Below, piece by piece: positions 8,520 to 18,140 of a stretch of 63,714 nucleotides of DNA. A program made the translations under genes and the position numbers. A model generated the notes under the pieces. The model saw only the letters and a program-made list of their open reading frames with translations, was not told the DNA's origin and did no database searches. Source of the DNA: Bacteroidaceae bacterium (GTDB lineage Bacteria; Bacteroidota; Bacteroidia; Bacteroidales; Barnesiellaceae_A); NCBI GenBank assembly GCA_017935645.1, contig JAGBHF010000073.1, positions 1 to 63,714 on the forward strand. Direction: 5' to 3'. Every line of letters begins with the position of its first letter. Position 1 is the stretch's first letter.

Positions 8520-9419
8520 ATGATGAAGGCGAATAAAGCAATAGGACACCTTGCGTGCTTTGTAGCATATGCTATATTTGGAGTAAATATTATTGTATGT
8601 AAAGACTTGACAAGCAGTCATCTCATTTCACCTATCGCATTGTTTACACTGCGCTCGGTGGGCGCCGGATTGCTCTTCTGGATTATCTCTTTCTTTATGC
8701 CGCGTGAGAAGGTCGAGTGGCGCAATCATCCTCAAATATTGGCTGCATCGATATTGGGTTTCTTACTCACTCAACTAACTTTTCTCATAGCCATTCCGTC
8801 CATTACACCGCTCGACTGCTCTATAACAAGTGCCATGTCGCCTATCTATACCATGATTATAGCGGCCATTGTATTGCGTGAGCCTATAACATGGCAGAAG
8901 GCAGGAGGTGTTATCTTGAGCTTTGCCGGTGTTATCTTCTTGTTGCTCAACAGTGTGTCGGCCGGAGGTGCTACGCATACAACCACAGTGGGTTTGTTGC
9001 TCATGATTCTCAATAGCATCTGTTTCTCACTCTATCTGGGTATTTTTAAGCCGGTGATAGCGCGCTACTCGGTTGTTACCTTTATGAAGTGGATTTTTCT
9101 CTATTCTACTATCATGTCGTTGCCTTTGTCGGCCAAGGAATTGGTTACGCTCGATTATGTGGCACTACCCGGCAATATCGTGGCTGAGTTGGCATTTCTG
9201 ATACTCTGCTCAACTTTTATCACCTATTTCCTCATACCCGTGGGACAAAAACGTATTCGCCCCACATTGGTGAGTATGTACTCGTATGTGCAACCCATTA
9301 TAGCTACCGGTATCAGCATCTATCTGGGCATGGATACCCTTGGTTGGCAAAAGGTGTTGGCTGCTGTGGCTGTCTTTGCCGGTGTAATGGTAGTGAGTCG
9401 CAGCAAAGCCAAAGAGTGA
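8520..9419 (+). CDS. DMT/EamA family transporter
   Basis: Two EamA-like halves, about 10 TM; PIYTMIIAAIVLREPITWQK, YSYVQPIIAT. Confidence 0.9.
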   Translation: MMKANKAIGHLACFVAYAIFGVNIIVCKDLTSSHLISPIALFTLRSVGAGLLFWIISFFMPREKVEWRNHPQILAASILGFLLTQLTFLIAIPSITPLDCSITSAMSPIYTMIIAAIVLREPITWQKAGGVILSFAGVIFLLLNSVSAGGATHTTTVGLLLMILNSICFSLYLGIFKPVIARYSVVTFMKWIFLYSTIMSLPLSAKELVTLDYVALPGNIVAELAFLILCSTFITYFLIPVGQKRIRPTLVSMYSYVQPIIATGISIYLGMDTLGWQKVLAAVAVFAGVMVVSRSKAKE

Positions 9420-11057
9420 TTACTTGATTGTATAGGGGGTAGGGTCGTACTTTCCTTCGCCTATTTTATTGTACACGTAGGTAGGATTGGCCAGCTCTGA
9501 GCCGTAGAATATCTGTGCGGCTACATTGAATTGCTCCATCGAATGTTCACGATTGTTTTTTGCTCCGCCTGTGCCTGAGGGGTCGAAGGCAAACCACATG
9601 CACCAGCCATATCCCTTGTCGAGAACTGTTTGTGCAGTTCTCTTCGATAGTGTGCGACCTTGAGCCAATTCTATGGATGCACCACTGCAGTGAGCGTAAG
9701 TTAGGTCGCCGTAGGGTGTCGAACTACCACCATAGTTGGCGACGAGGAAGTCTATAAACTCGCTTTGCGGGTGAGTTTCTCCATCTATTGTCACTGCCGG
9801 AAGGTTGTATAGTGCGCCAAACTCGTAGATAGATACTTCGGTGGGCCATTCACACTTCTCGTGCATGGCTTTTTTCAGTTCATAGGCAAGGCGAGCTCCG
9901 GCCTTGGCGCTACGTTGTGTAAACCAATGGTTGTCGACAATAGGATTTTTGGAGTATTCGTCGTCCAGATTTACGCCATCCAGTTTGTATTGATGGCAGG
10001 CTTCGGCTACGCTTTGTGCCCATTGTTCGGCGCCCCAACCCGATAGTTGTGCCAGTCCTGCAGCATCGTGATTACCCAGTAGGCCTAAATATACTTTTAT
10101 GCCACGTTCGCGCAGGGGTTGTAGGTAAGTTTCGCTATTGTCGAGCAGAGCTTGAACATTGGGATTGTTGTTAAGGTATACTACATCGTTGTCACTATCG
10201 TAGTTGATATTGGCGGCAAAGAGTATTACCGCATCAAAGAAGGGTGTTCCATCCGTAAGATTGTACTCTAAGATATTGAGCGGATTACAATCGTTTACTT
10301 CGAGGTATACCACTTGTTTTATGCTGCGTTCACCTTTGCGCTTGATTAGGTATATTGCTTGTTTGGTTTGTGCAGTAAACTCGGCGTTGCCCGATTTTAT
10401 CTCGCCATATATGGGTAACACGTAGGTTACTCCGGGTGTAAGATGTGTTGCGTCGATTGTAACACTTGTTGTATCGGATTGGATGTTGCCTTGTGTTATG
10501 GTAAGTTCCTGTTGAGCAAAGTTAATGGCTTCATCGGGAACAACAAGTGTGCGGTTGCCGTTGATGTCAATGTGCATGTGATTGTGATTGACTGACAGCG
10601 TAGCCGTAATGTTGTTGGTAGCGGGTGTCGATAGGCTCATGTTCAGCAAGCAACTCCAATTGTCGGTCGTTATCTCGTGTGTATCTTCATGTAGCAGGTT
10701 GTTGAGCGTGGCAGTGGCAACGTGTGCCGATTGCGTGATGGGTACTACTACCGCTTCGGCTGTGCCTGCTGTGAAGATAATACTATCGGTGCGTACATCA
10801 CCATTGTTGTCGGCAACATTTACGGTGAGCGACTTTTCGGTTTTATTGGCAATGACCCATTCGGGGGCTATATACTCCCAACTATTGCTGTTGGTGCTTA
10901 CCTCTATCACCGCATCGGCGTTGTTGTTGGCTGCAAAATGCATGCTGTGAGTGGTCGATACCGATAGTGTTGTCAGTTCGGTGCTATTGTCTATGCATGA
11001 AGTACACATACATACGAATAGTGCGATAATGAGATTTTTTAACAAGGAGGTGCGCAT
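9420..11057 (-). CDS. Lipoprotein endo-beta-N-acetylglucosaminidase (GH18) with BACON-like and DUF1735-like domains
   Basis: Likely start MRTSLLK with lipobox CTSC; YLEVNDCNPLN, ILFAANINYD, catalytic LDGVNLDDEY (EndoH/EndoF1-like). Confidence 0.85.
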   Translation of the reverse strand: MRTSLLKNLIIALFVCMCTSCIDNSTELTTLSVSTTHSMHFAANNNADAVIEVSTNSNSWEYIAPEWVIANKTEKSLTVNVADNNGDVRTDSIIFTAGTAEAVVVPITQSAHVATATLNNLLHEDTHEITTDNWSCLLNMSLSTPATNNITATLSVNHNHMHIDINGNRTLVVPDEAINFAQQELTITQGNIQSDTTSVTIDATHLTPGVTYVLPIYGEIKSGNAEFTAQTKQAIYLIKRKGERSIKQVVYLEVNDCNPLNILEYNLTDGTPFFDAVILFAANINYDSDNDVVYLNNNPNVQALLDNSETYLQPLRERGIKVYLGLLGNHDAAGLAQLSGWGAEQWAQSVAEACHQYKLDGVNLDDEYSKNPIVDNHWFTQRSAKAGARLAYELKKAMHEKCEWPTEVSIYEFGALYNLPAVTIDGETHPQSEFIDFLVANYGGSSTPYGDLTYAHCSGASIELAQGRTLSKRTAQTVLDKGYGWCMWFAFDPSGTGGAKNNREHSMEQFNVAAQIFYGSELANPTYVYNKIGEGKYDPTPYTIK

Positions 11058-11122
11058 AGATACAGGTGTTAAGGTTAGAAATAGATGCGTAAATATACCC
11101 AATGTGTCATCAAGGTTTACAG

Positions 11123-11130
11123 CAAAGATA
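11123..11130 (-). promoter_or_regulatory. -7 element for GH18 gene
   Basis: Reverse complement tatctttg. Confidence 0.55.
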
Positions 11131-11180
11131 CACAATCATTTTGATATAGAGCCACTTTTGGATAAGAGATTATAGGATAT

Positions 11181-11210
11181 AAAAAAAGCAAGTGATTAAT
11201 CACTTGCTTT
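11181..11210 (-). terminator. Terminator after tRNA-Met
   Basis: aagcaagtga-ttaa-tcacttgctt stem followed by T7 on the minus strand. Confidence 0.85.
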
Positions 11211-11211
11211 G

Positions 11212-11285
11212 TAGCGGGAACGAGAATTGAACTCGTGACCTCCGGGTTATGAATCCGACGCTCTAACCAACTGAGCTATCCCGCC
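11212..11285 (-). tRNA. tRNA-Met (CAT), probably elongator
   Basis: GGCGGGATAGCTCAGTTGGTTAGAGCGTCGGATTCATAACCCGGAGGTCACGAGTTCAATTCTCGTTCCCGCTA; cloverleaf with CAT anticodon, paired first base, no encoded CCA. Confidence 0.95.
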
Positions 11286-11317
11286 ATCATCTAAAGGCAT
11301 TTTTCTCAAATGCGGTG

Positions 11318-11325
11318 CAAAGATA
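11318..11325 (-). promoter_or_regulatory. -7 element of tRNA gene
   Basis: Reverse complement tatctttg, 33 nt upstream of the tRNA. Confidence 0.65.
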
Positions 11326-11430
11326 AGTGTTTATTTTGACTTATGCAATAGATGTCCTAAAATTATTTTGTTTTTCTTGTAAAATATCCCCAAAATTCCG
11401 TTGTGGGGATGATGTGTATTCTTGTTGATG

Positions 11431-12849
11431 TTATAATATACCTTTTACGCCGGCTTCAACAATCGTATCGGGATTGTGGCTACTGCGAATACGCCACTCT
11501 TGAGGATAGAGGTTATTGGCTCGGTTACCAAGGTTTTTCACCCAACCTAAGATATAGCCTTGGTAGGTGAGGGTAACATATCCTCGCGGGGCATCGATAG
11601 GAAGTGTTACAGCCTCACGGCGTAGATAATTGAGTGCTGTAAGCTGCGAAACCTCGCACCGGGCAAATGCGTTGTGGTTGAATGCGGTTGAGAGTGCCAA
11701 TGCGTGTGTGGGTATCAAGTCACGACCTTTCAGTGTAGCCATAGGTATGCCGGCATGTAATACGTTGAAGTCGCGTTGCATGGCTTGCATGTCGTCGGCA
11801 TACTCTTGGGGGTATGCTGTAATGGTTGTTTCATCGGCTACGAATGCGTAGTGTGGCGATGTGAGCCACTCTTTCACTTTGCGAGGTATGGGCAGTGATT
11901 TGTTTTTATTGTTTTGTTTTTTCTTTTTATCGCGTAGGTTGGGTGCTACGCCACAAGTTGCATCAGCATCACCTCTCTTGCGCAGTACAGCCATGAAAAG
12001 GCCTTCACCTTGAGTACGGTGAGGCATAAATCGATACACCGGTGCTTCGCCTGCAAGTGCTCCGGTAATACCCCACGATGAGTCAATCTTTACCTCGATG
12101 GGTTCTGCTTCATACTCTCGGATGAGGTGTTGCACCATAGCCTCGTTCTCCTCAATATTGAATGTGCAAGTACTATATATAAGTATTCCTCCCGGGCGCA
12201 AGGCGTTCCATATATCGGCAAGAATACCCTCTTGTCGTGAGGCACAGTGAGCTACATTGGCGGGCGACCACTCGGCAATAGCCGTGTCGTCTTTGCGAAA
12301 CATGCCTTCGCCTGAGCATGGTACATCGGTCGCTATGACGTCAAAGTAGTTGCGCCATGTACCCCAGTCAGCCGGGGTGTTATTGGTGACAACAGAGTAA
12401 GGATTGCCCCATTTGGTAATATTCTCGGCAAGAATCTGTGCACGTTGTCTTACGATTTCGTTACTTACCACCAAGCTGCCCGCAGGTAATTGACTGAGTG
12501 CAAGTGTCGACTTTCCTCCGGGAGCTGCACACAAGTCAAGGTAGCGAACAGGTGTGGTTATATGTTGTTCTATTACACTGCCCAAGAACATCGATGCCGC
12601 CTCTTGTACATAGTAAGCACCAGCGTGAAATAGTGGGTCGAATGTAAATGTGGGGCGTTGGGGTAGGTAATAGCCTGTTCTTCCCGACCATGGTACGAGT
12701 TGGGCATTTATAGGTGCTTGTGCACCCTTTGTAGTATTGATGCGTATACTCACCGGTTGTTCGGCGTGTGTGAGTGCATGAGCAAAGGAGGGATAATCCT
12801 CGCCCAGTAACTGTTGCATGCGTTCTATGAAGGCCAATGGTAGTTCCAT
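11431..12849 (-). CDS. rsmF: RsmF/NOL1/NOP2 family RNA m5C methyltransferase
   Basis: YYVQEAASM, DLCAAPGGKST, DVPCSGEGMFRKD, YSTCT, C-terminal KNLGNRANNLYP. Confidence 0.9.
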   Translation of the reverse strand: MELPLAFIERMQQLLGEDYPSFAHALTHAEQPVSIRINTTKGAQAPINAQLVPWSGRTGYYLPQRPTFTFDPLFHAGAYYVQEAASMFLGSVIEQHITTPVRYLDLCAAPGGKSTLALSQLPAGSLVVSNEIVRQRAQILAENITKWGNPYSVVTNNTPADWGTWRNYFDVIATDVPCSGEGMFRKDDTAIAEWSPANVAHCASRQEGILADIWNALRPGGILIYSTCTFNIEENEAMVQHLIREYEAEPIEVKIDSSWGITGALAGEAPVYRFMPHRTQGEGLFMAVLRKRGDADATCGVAPNLRDKKKKQNNKNKSLPIPRKVKEWLTSPHYAFVADETTITAYPQEYADDMQAMQRDFNVLHAGIPMATLKGRDLIPTHALALSTAFNHNAFARCEVSQLTALNYLRREAVTLPIDAPRGYVTLTYQGYILGWVKNLGNRANNLYPQEWRIRSSHNPDTIVEAGVKGIL

Positions 12850-12853
12850 GTCA

Positions 12854-15697
12854 TCAGTACCAATTAAGTTGATCGTAAGCGTTGCTTTGCTTGTCGAATT
12901 TAAGATCTTTGAGCAGTGACGACTTCACGGCAATATGGAAGTTGTATGACTTGTAGGGACCCACCGGTACAAAGCTGGCCGACATGGTGAAACAGTGCAG
13001 GTCGCGCGATATGTTACAGTTCATATATGCGAGTTTCTTGGCGTCAAAGTCGTAGCTGGCAGTGAAATTGAAAGACCAACCCTTGGTAAGGTTAATATTA
13101 CCCGATAGGCTTAGGTTTTGTACAAACTTGCCATCGTACTCCATCTTCTCTTTGTTGAACTTTCCATAAGTGTAGTTTACGGAATAGTTGAACGTAAGAC
13201 TCCATGGAATCTTCCAGTTGTAATAGCCGTCACTATCAAACTCGTCGTTACCACTCGTGCGATTTCCTGTGCGTCGTCGGCTTTCATTCTCGGCAGATGC
13301 TGCTGCACTATTGGCGAGCGGGTCGTTAGCCTGTGCAACCTCCTCGTCGCCCGTTGCCGGCTTGTCGCGTTTCTCTTTTTTCTTGAATGTATCGTTGTTG
13401 ATAGTATAGGCAAATGAGGTTCCGGCACTTGACAGCCTTGCCCAGCCTCTACCGGCTTGCGAACGCAGTACATTTACTCTCACGGGATTTCCTGCCGAGT
13501 TGAGTTGGTAGCAGTAGGGGTCCCATGTCGAGCGTATGTTGAGGTTGAGTCCTTTGGCTATCTTGATAAGTACATTTACGTTGATATTACTCCAGCGCAA
13601 CGAGTCGGCTGCCAAGTTGTAGCTGGTGCTTACTGCAAGGTTTTCTATAAGTGATATTTTCTTTACGCCGGTCGAGTCGGCATTGCTCTTTACCTTCATC
13701 TCAAGGTTGTTGGCAAACGATAGGTTGACAATGCCTCGTTCGCCACTGGGTGCTGTGCCATATAATCCATTGGAGAAGGGTGAATATACTTGCTCGACAT
13801 ATTGACCACTTGCGTTGGTGTACCGTAATGTTTCGTACATCCCCCAGAATGGGTCGCTGAAGTCGGGTGCGTAAGTAAATGAAACAGAGGGGGTGAGTAC
13901 GTGGCGTATCTGTTTGACAGCGTCGCCTAAAAACTTCATGGGGGTGTAGAAGCCATACAATTTGGTTTGCATACTTACAGCCGCGTTGAAGTCATATACG
14001 TTGTAAAATCCATATACGGTATCATTTACCACAGCCGAGGCTTGAGGGTCCCATTCACGCATGATTTTGTTTGAATACATGCGGTCGGTAAAGTTTACCG
14101 ATGCTGTCATGTTGATATATTTAAACATGGTGAACGTAGCCGATATAGGGACGTTGTGGCTCATACCGTTGCGCCAGTCTTTAAGCAGACTCTTTTTTAG
14201 AATTTCGTCTTGCTTGGCTGTTATGCTGTTTTGCAAGCGACCGCTATACGATAGTTGTATCTTCTCATACCACTTCTCGGGTCCCGTCGCATTTTTGCGC
14301 TTGAATGGGCGTATTTGGCTCAACGAAATGGTGAGGTTGGGGAGTGATACGTTGAGGGTAGAGTCTTGTGTACGTTGAGTGATATTGGCACTTGCCGATA
14401 TACTCAATGGTGTATTGGGTACACGGTAGGTGTAGTTGATTGTAGATGTTGAGGTCGATTGAGTAAATTGTTCGGGGTCGTAATATGTGTTGATATCATT
14501 GCGGTTGTAGCCACTTGTGGCAAAGTTGACACTTGCCGAGAAGGTCGAGTTGCTACTAGCCTTGCTATCTTGTGTGTGTGCCCATGCAACCTTGAAGTTG
14601 TTTTGTGATGAGTAGTCGGGCATGCCCTTATCGCCTGTCACGGTGTTGATGAAGCTGATGTTGAAACTTCCCGAGAATTTATACTTCTTTATATAGGCCG
14701 ACCGTGCTTGTACGCCCCACGATCCTTTGGTGTATATTTCACCTGTCAAGGCCAAGTCGATATAGTCGTTGATGGCAAAGTAATAACCACCATTGCGCAT
14801 ATAGAAACCTCGTTTCATCTCCTCGCCAAACGTGGGGAAGATGATACCCGAAGAGTATTTTTTATTGAACGGGAAGAATCCGAATGGTACGGCCAGAGGT
14901 AGAGGAACATCTTCGAGTACCATATATGCAGGTCCTGTCACAACATCCTTTTGTGGACGTACCTTGGCTTGTGTAAGTTGCAAGTAGAAGTGTGGATGCT
15001 CGTGGTTGTCGCAAGTGGTGTATCTACCGTTTTCCATGAAGAGTACATCGTCCTCTGTCTTTTTGGTGCGACCGCCGGTGAGGTATCCTTCGCCTTGTTC
15101 GGTTATCACGTTGGTGATATATCCTCGTTTGCTCTTGAAATTGTAGGTCATCGTCTCCGACTCATATTCGCCACTACTATCCTTGTATATAGGTTTGCCT
15201 ATTGTTTCACCGAGACTGTCGGTGCGACCTACGGCATGAACGGTGTTCTCGTTGAGACTCAACTCAATTTGTTCGGCATCGAGTTGTATGTCTTGATAGT
15301 TTACCACACTTTTACCGTAGAGGAACGCTAAGTTGCCTGCTTCAAATACAAGTGAGTCCTGAGCCGTAAAGTCTACTACAGCGTCGAGAGCCGATTGAGT
15401 TTTTACCTTGGGTGATGCGGTGTTCTGTGGTATATTTACCGAGTCGACCGGTACGCTGGGTAGGGAGTCGTTGGTTTGTACTTGTACTATCGGTAAGGAG
15501 TCGACGGGAGTTGTTATTGTCGGGATGTTGTCTTTGGGCCCTATTCGGCGCACTTTGCTTTTTGACGATTCAATGGTGTCGATAGCCGTTGTGGCAATGC
15601 TGTCATTGCTATGGTGCGAATACGCCATAGTGTGCAGTGATAGCATGCTGATAATCAGTATCGCAAGGATTGTGTGTATATAGTTTCTGTGCACCAT
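12854..15697 (-). CDS. lptD: Putative LPS assembly protein LptD (Bacteroidetes type)
   Basis: Signal peptide, YTTCDNHEHPHFY, GIIFPTFGEE/RGFYMRNGGYYF, RDLHCFTMS; beta-barrel-like alternation. Start moved to 15697 given the -7 box at 15723-15730. Confidence 0.85.
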   Translation of the reverse strand: MVHRNYIHTILAILIISMLSLHTMAYSHHSNDSIATTAIDTIESSKSKVRRIGPKDNIPTITTPVDSLPIVQVQTNDSLPSVPVDSVNIPQNTASPKVKTQSALDAVVDFTAQDSLVFEAGNLAFLYGKSVVNYQDIQLDAEQIELSLNENTVHAVGRTDSLGETIGKPIYKDSSGEYESETMTYNFKSKRGYITNVITEQGEGYLTGGRTKKTEDDVLFMENGRYTTCDNHEHPHFYLQLTQAKVRPQKDVVTGPAYMVLEDVPLPLAVPFGFFPFNKKYSSGIIFPTFGEEMKRGFYMRNGGYYFAINDYIDLALTGEIYTKGSWGVQARSAYIKKYKFSGSFNISFINTVTGDKGMPDYSSQNNFKVAWAHTQDSKASSNSTFSASVNFATSGYNRNDINTYYDPEQFTQSTSTSTINYTYRVPNTPLSISASANITQRTQDSTLNVSLPNLTISLSQIRPFKRKNATGPEKWYEKIQLSYSGRLQNSITAKQDEILKKSLLKDWRNGMSHNVPISATFTMFKYINMTASVNFTDRMYSNKIMREWDPQASAVVNDTVYGFYNVYDFNAAVSMQTKLYGFYTPMKFLGDAVKQIRHVLTPSVSFTYAPDFSDPFWGMYETLRYTNASGQYVEQVYSPFSNGLYGTAPSGERGIVNLSFANNLEMKVKSNADSTGVKKISLIENLAVSTSYNLAADSLRWSNINVNVLIKIAKGLNLNIRSTWDPYCYQLNSAGNPVRVNVLRSQAGRGWARLSSAGTSFAYTINNDTFKKKEKRDKPATGDEEVAQANDPLANSAAASAENESRRRTGNRTSGNDEFDSDGYYNWKIPWSLTFNYSVNYTYGKFNKEKMEYDGKFVQNLSLSGNINLTKGWSFNFTASYDFDAKKLAYMNCNISRDLHCFTMSASFVPVGPYKSYNFHIAVKSSLLKDLKFDKQSNAYDQLNWY

Positions 15698-15722
15698 TGG
15701 TGGGTCAATAATCAACAAACTG

Positions 15723-15730
15723 CAAAGTTA
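15723..15730 (-). promoter_or_regulatory. -7 element of lptD-rsmF operon
   Basis: Reverse complement taactttg. Confidence 0.6.
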
Positions 15731-15881
15731 CACTTTTTCTGCGACAAACGAGCCATTTTGAGCCTTTTAATATATTTTAGCGGGCGTAAACGCTCTGTAA
15801 AAATTCAAGTGCAGAAATGTACTCTTGTGTGTTTGTGCGATTATTGCAAAGCATCTATCCTATGCCATGCTCGATAGCCGG

Positions 15882-16433
15882 TCAGGCGTTGACTTCTCCA
15901 AAAAGCTCTACTAATGCGTTAAATCGCTTTATATTATCGTCGCCAAATCGGGCTATGGAGTTACGCACTTGTGCCATAGTGCGTTGTACGTCGGGTCTTG
16001 ACTTGGAAAAGAAATTGTCGGCATAGCACACCAATTTTTCTTCGAGTGTTTCGGGTAGCATGTCGCGATGTGGCAATGGCAAGTCTTGGGCTACAATGTC
16101 GTTGATAGTAAGCCCTACGCCAATGTGTCGCTCACACACCCGTGCATGGGTTTCCAACCCCTCGGCTCGTAGTAGCTCGGCTCCTATGATGCCGTGTTGT
16201 ATATAGTGGGCATCGCCCTGACAGTGTATCGAGGGTGCGTGTGTGCGAAATACCCCTATGTCGTGTAGCATAGCGGCTTCGTGCAGAAAAGCAAGGTCGA
16301 TAGGCAGGTGCGGATTATTGCGAGCTATCTCTACCGCCAATGAAGCTACCTGTTCGCTGTGTTTCCACAATAGTGTGGTAATGGGTTCGCCGGGTCGGTA
16401 GTACTTATTAAGAATTTTAGCAATCTCTATCAT
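15882..16433 (-). CDS. HD/HDIG domain metal-dependent phosphohydrolase
   Basis: HSEQVA, AMLHDIG, HGIIGAELL, CERHIGVG, YADNFFSK. Confidence 0.9.
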   Translation of the reverse strand: MIEIAKILNKYYRPGEPITTLLWKHSEQVASLAVEIARNNPHLPIDLAFLHEAAMLHDIGVFRTHAPSIHCQGDAHYIQHGIIGAELLRAEGLETHARVCERHIGVGLTINDIVAQDLPLPHRDMLPETLEEKLVCYADNFFSKSRPDVQRTMAQVRNSIARFGDDNIKRFNALVELFGEVNA

Positions 16434-16448
16434 GCCGAGTAATAAAAA

Positions 16449-16477
16449 AGAGGTGCTGCCCGTGTGGCAACACCTCT
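16449..16477 (-). terminator. Terminator after ilvE
   Basis: agaggtgctgcc/ggcaacacctct stem followed by T6 on the minus strand. Confidence 0.75.
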
Positions 16478-16494
16478 ATATGGTTGGTTAATTA

Positions 16495-17520
16495 TTAGTC
16501 AAGGATGTCATTCCAGCCGAAGATATCCTCAGCTTCACCCTTACGGATAGCGCTCAAGAGGTTATAGAGCTTGAGACACCAAGGACCTACAGTACCGTCG
16601 GTAGTGTAAGTGTAGCTAATGCCACGAACGGGGTCGTCAATGCGAGAAATGGGGCTGATAACTGCGGCAGTACCACAAGCAGCTGCTTCCTCAAATGTTG
16701 ACAACTCTTCCTCGGGAACGGGACGGCATTCAACCTTCATACCCAAGTGCTCAGCAAGTGCTTGCAAGCATTTGTTGGTAATAGAAGGAAGGATTGAGTC
16801 GCTCTTAGGAGTGATATAAGTATTGTCGCGGATACCGAAGAAATTGGCTGCACCACACTCATCGATATACTTTTTCTCTTTGGCATCAAGATAGATGGGG
16901 TTTGAATAGCCCTCATCATGAGCCAATACGGTAGATGAAAGACTTGCTGCATAGTTACCACCTACTTTGAAACGACCTGTACCAAGGGGTGCTGCACGGT
17001 CATATTCGCGTACGATACGCATCTTGGTAGGCTTAATACCCTCTTTGAAATATGGACCTACGGGGGTTACAAAAACGACGAGAGTGTACTCTTGAGCGGG
17101 TTTAACACCAACTTGAGCTGATGAACCGATAATAAGAGGACGGATATACAATGAAGCGTCGCTCTCATAGGGAGGAACAAAACGTTCGTTTTTCTTTACT
17201 GCCAAGCGAACTGCATCTTCAAACAATTCTACAGGCATCTCGGCCATGAGAATACCACGGCAAGAAGTTTGCATACGCTCTGCTGCTGCACGGAGGCGGA
17301 AGATACGGATTTTACCATCTTTGCCACGGAAGGCTTTGATACCTTCGAAACACTCTTGACCATAGTGTAGGCAAGTTGCAGCCATGTGCAAGTCAATAGT
17401 TTTTTTGTCAGTTACTTCGAGTTCACCCCACTTACCATCTTTGTAAGTGCAGCGTACGTTATAGTCGGTGTCGAGATATCCGAAACCAAGACTATTCCAA
17501 TCAAGATTTGCGAGTTCCAT
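16495..17520 (-). CDS. ilvE: Branched-chain amino acid aminotransferase
   Basis: LHYGQECFEGIKAF, PLP-lysine motif KVGGNYAASL, ECGAANFF, ILPSIT, GTAAVISPI. Confidence 0.95.
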   Translation of the reverse strand: MELANLDWNSLGFGYLDTDYNVRCTYKDGKWGELEVTDKKTIDLHMAATCLHYGQECFEGIKAFRGKDGKIRIFRLRAAAERMQTSCRGILMAEMPVELFEDAVRLAVKKNERFVPPYESDASLYIRPLIIGSSAQVGVKPAQEYTLVVFVTPVGPYFKEGIKPTKMRIVREYDRAAPLGTGRFKVGGNYAASLSSTVLAHDEGYSNPIYLDAKEKKYIDECGAANFFGIRDNTYITPKSDSILPSITNKCLQALAEHLGMKVECRPVPEEELSTFEEAAACGTAAVISPISRIDDPVRGISYTYTTDGTVGPWCLKLYNLLSAIRKGEAEDIFGWNDILD

Positions 17521-17572
17521 AATATTACTTAAGTATTTATAGGTTACTTATATTGCTTGTCTATTTATTGTA

Positions 17573-17580
17573 CAAAGATA
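17573..17580 (-). promoter_or_regulatory. -7 element for ilvE
   Basis: Reverse complement tatctttg. Confidence 0.6.
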
Positions 17581-17671
17581 GAGTTTTTTTAATTATTAGT
17601 ACACAATTTATGAGTAAATGTTGAGTTAAAAATAACGCTCTATTCTTGTACCTTGTGTAAGTGGTTGATTT

Positions 17672-17983
17672 TCAAAACGGATATCGGCGTTTGGGATTCT
17701 TGGGGAACCATCCTTTCCTTACGCGTTCCTGTTGCTCAAACAACTCTTTTATGGACCAAAGCGACGAGAAGGCAAAGACTCCCAGCATTGCCGACCATAA
17801 TACTTCGACAACGATTATTGACAGTACAATCCCGGCAATGCCCATGAGCAGAAATATCCACCAACACTCGGTCCCCCAGTAATAATGTGCTTTGATTACT
17901 ATGGGATGAAAGAGTCCTATGATAAGAAAGGTGCTAATACCTATGAGTAGTCCTAATAGATGATGTGATATGAGAAATTCCAT
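17672..17983 (-). CDS. DUF4491 family membrane protein
   Basis: TFLIIGLFHPIVIKAHYYWG and ELFEQQERVRKGWFPKNPKR match DUF4491; -7 box tacatttg at 18000-18007. Confidence 0.85.
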   Translation of the reverse strand: MEFLISHHLLGLLIGISTFLIIGLFHPIVIKAHYYWGTECWWIFLLMGIAGIVLSIIVVEVLWSAMLGVFAFSSLWSIKELFEQQERVRKGWFPKNPKRRYPF

Positions 17984-18140
17984 AATGTTTTATTTGTGGC
18001 AAATGTAATATAAAAAAATTAAGAAGTAAACAGATAATAGATAATATTATATTGAAGAGTGTTTAATTAAACTATTTTAATTATCTATAGTCAATAAGAT
18101 ATATTACATGGGATAAATGTTTATCACAAAAACGTGTGTT

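Noticed and set aside
9420-11285. tRNA-Met as the integration site of an island
   Set aside because: I saw no duplicate of the tRNA 3' end and no integrase; the tRNA keeps its own terminator.
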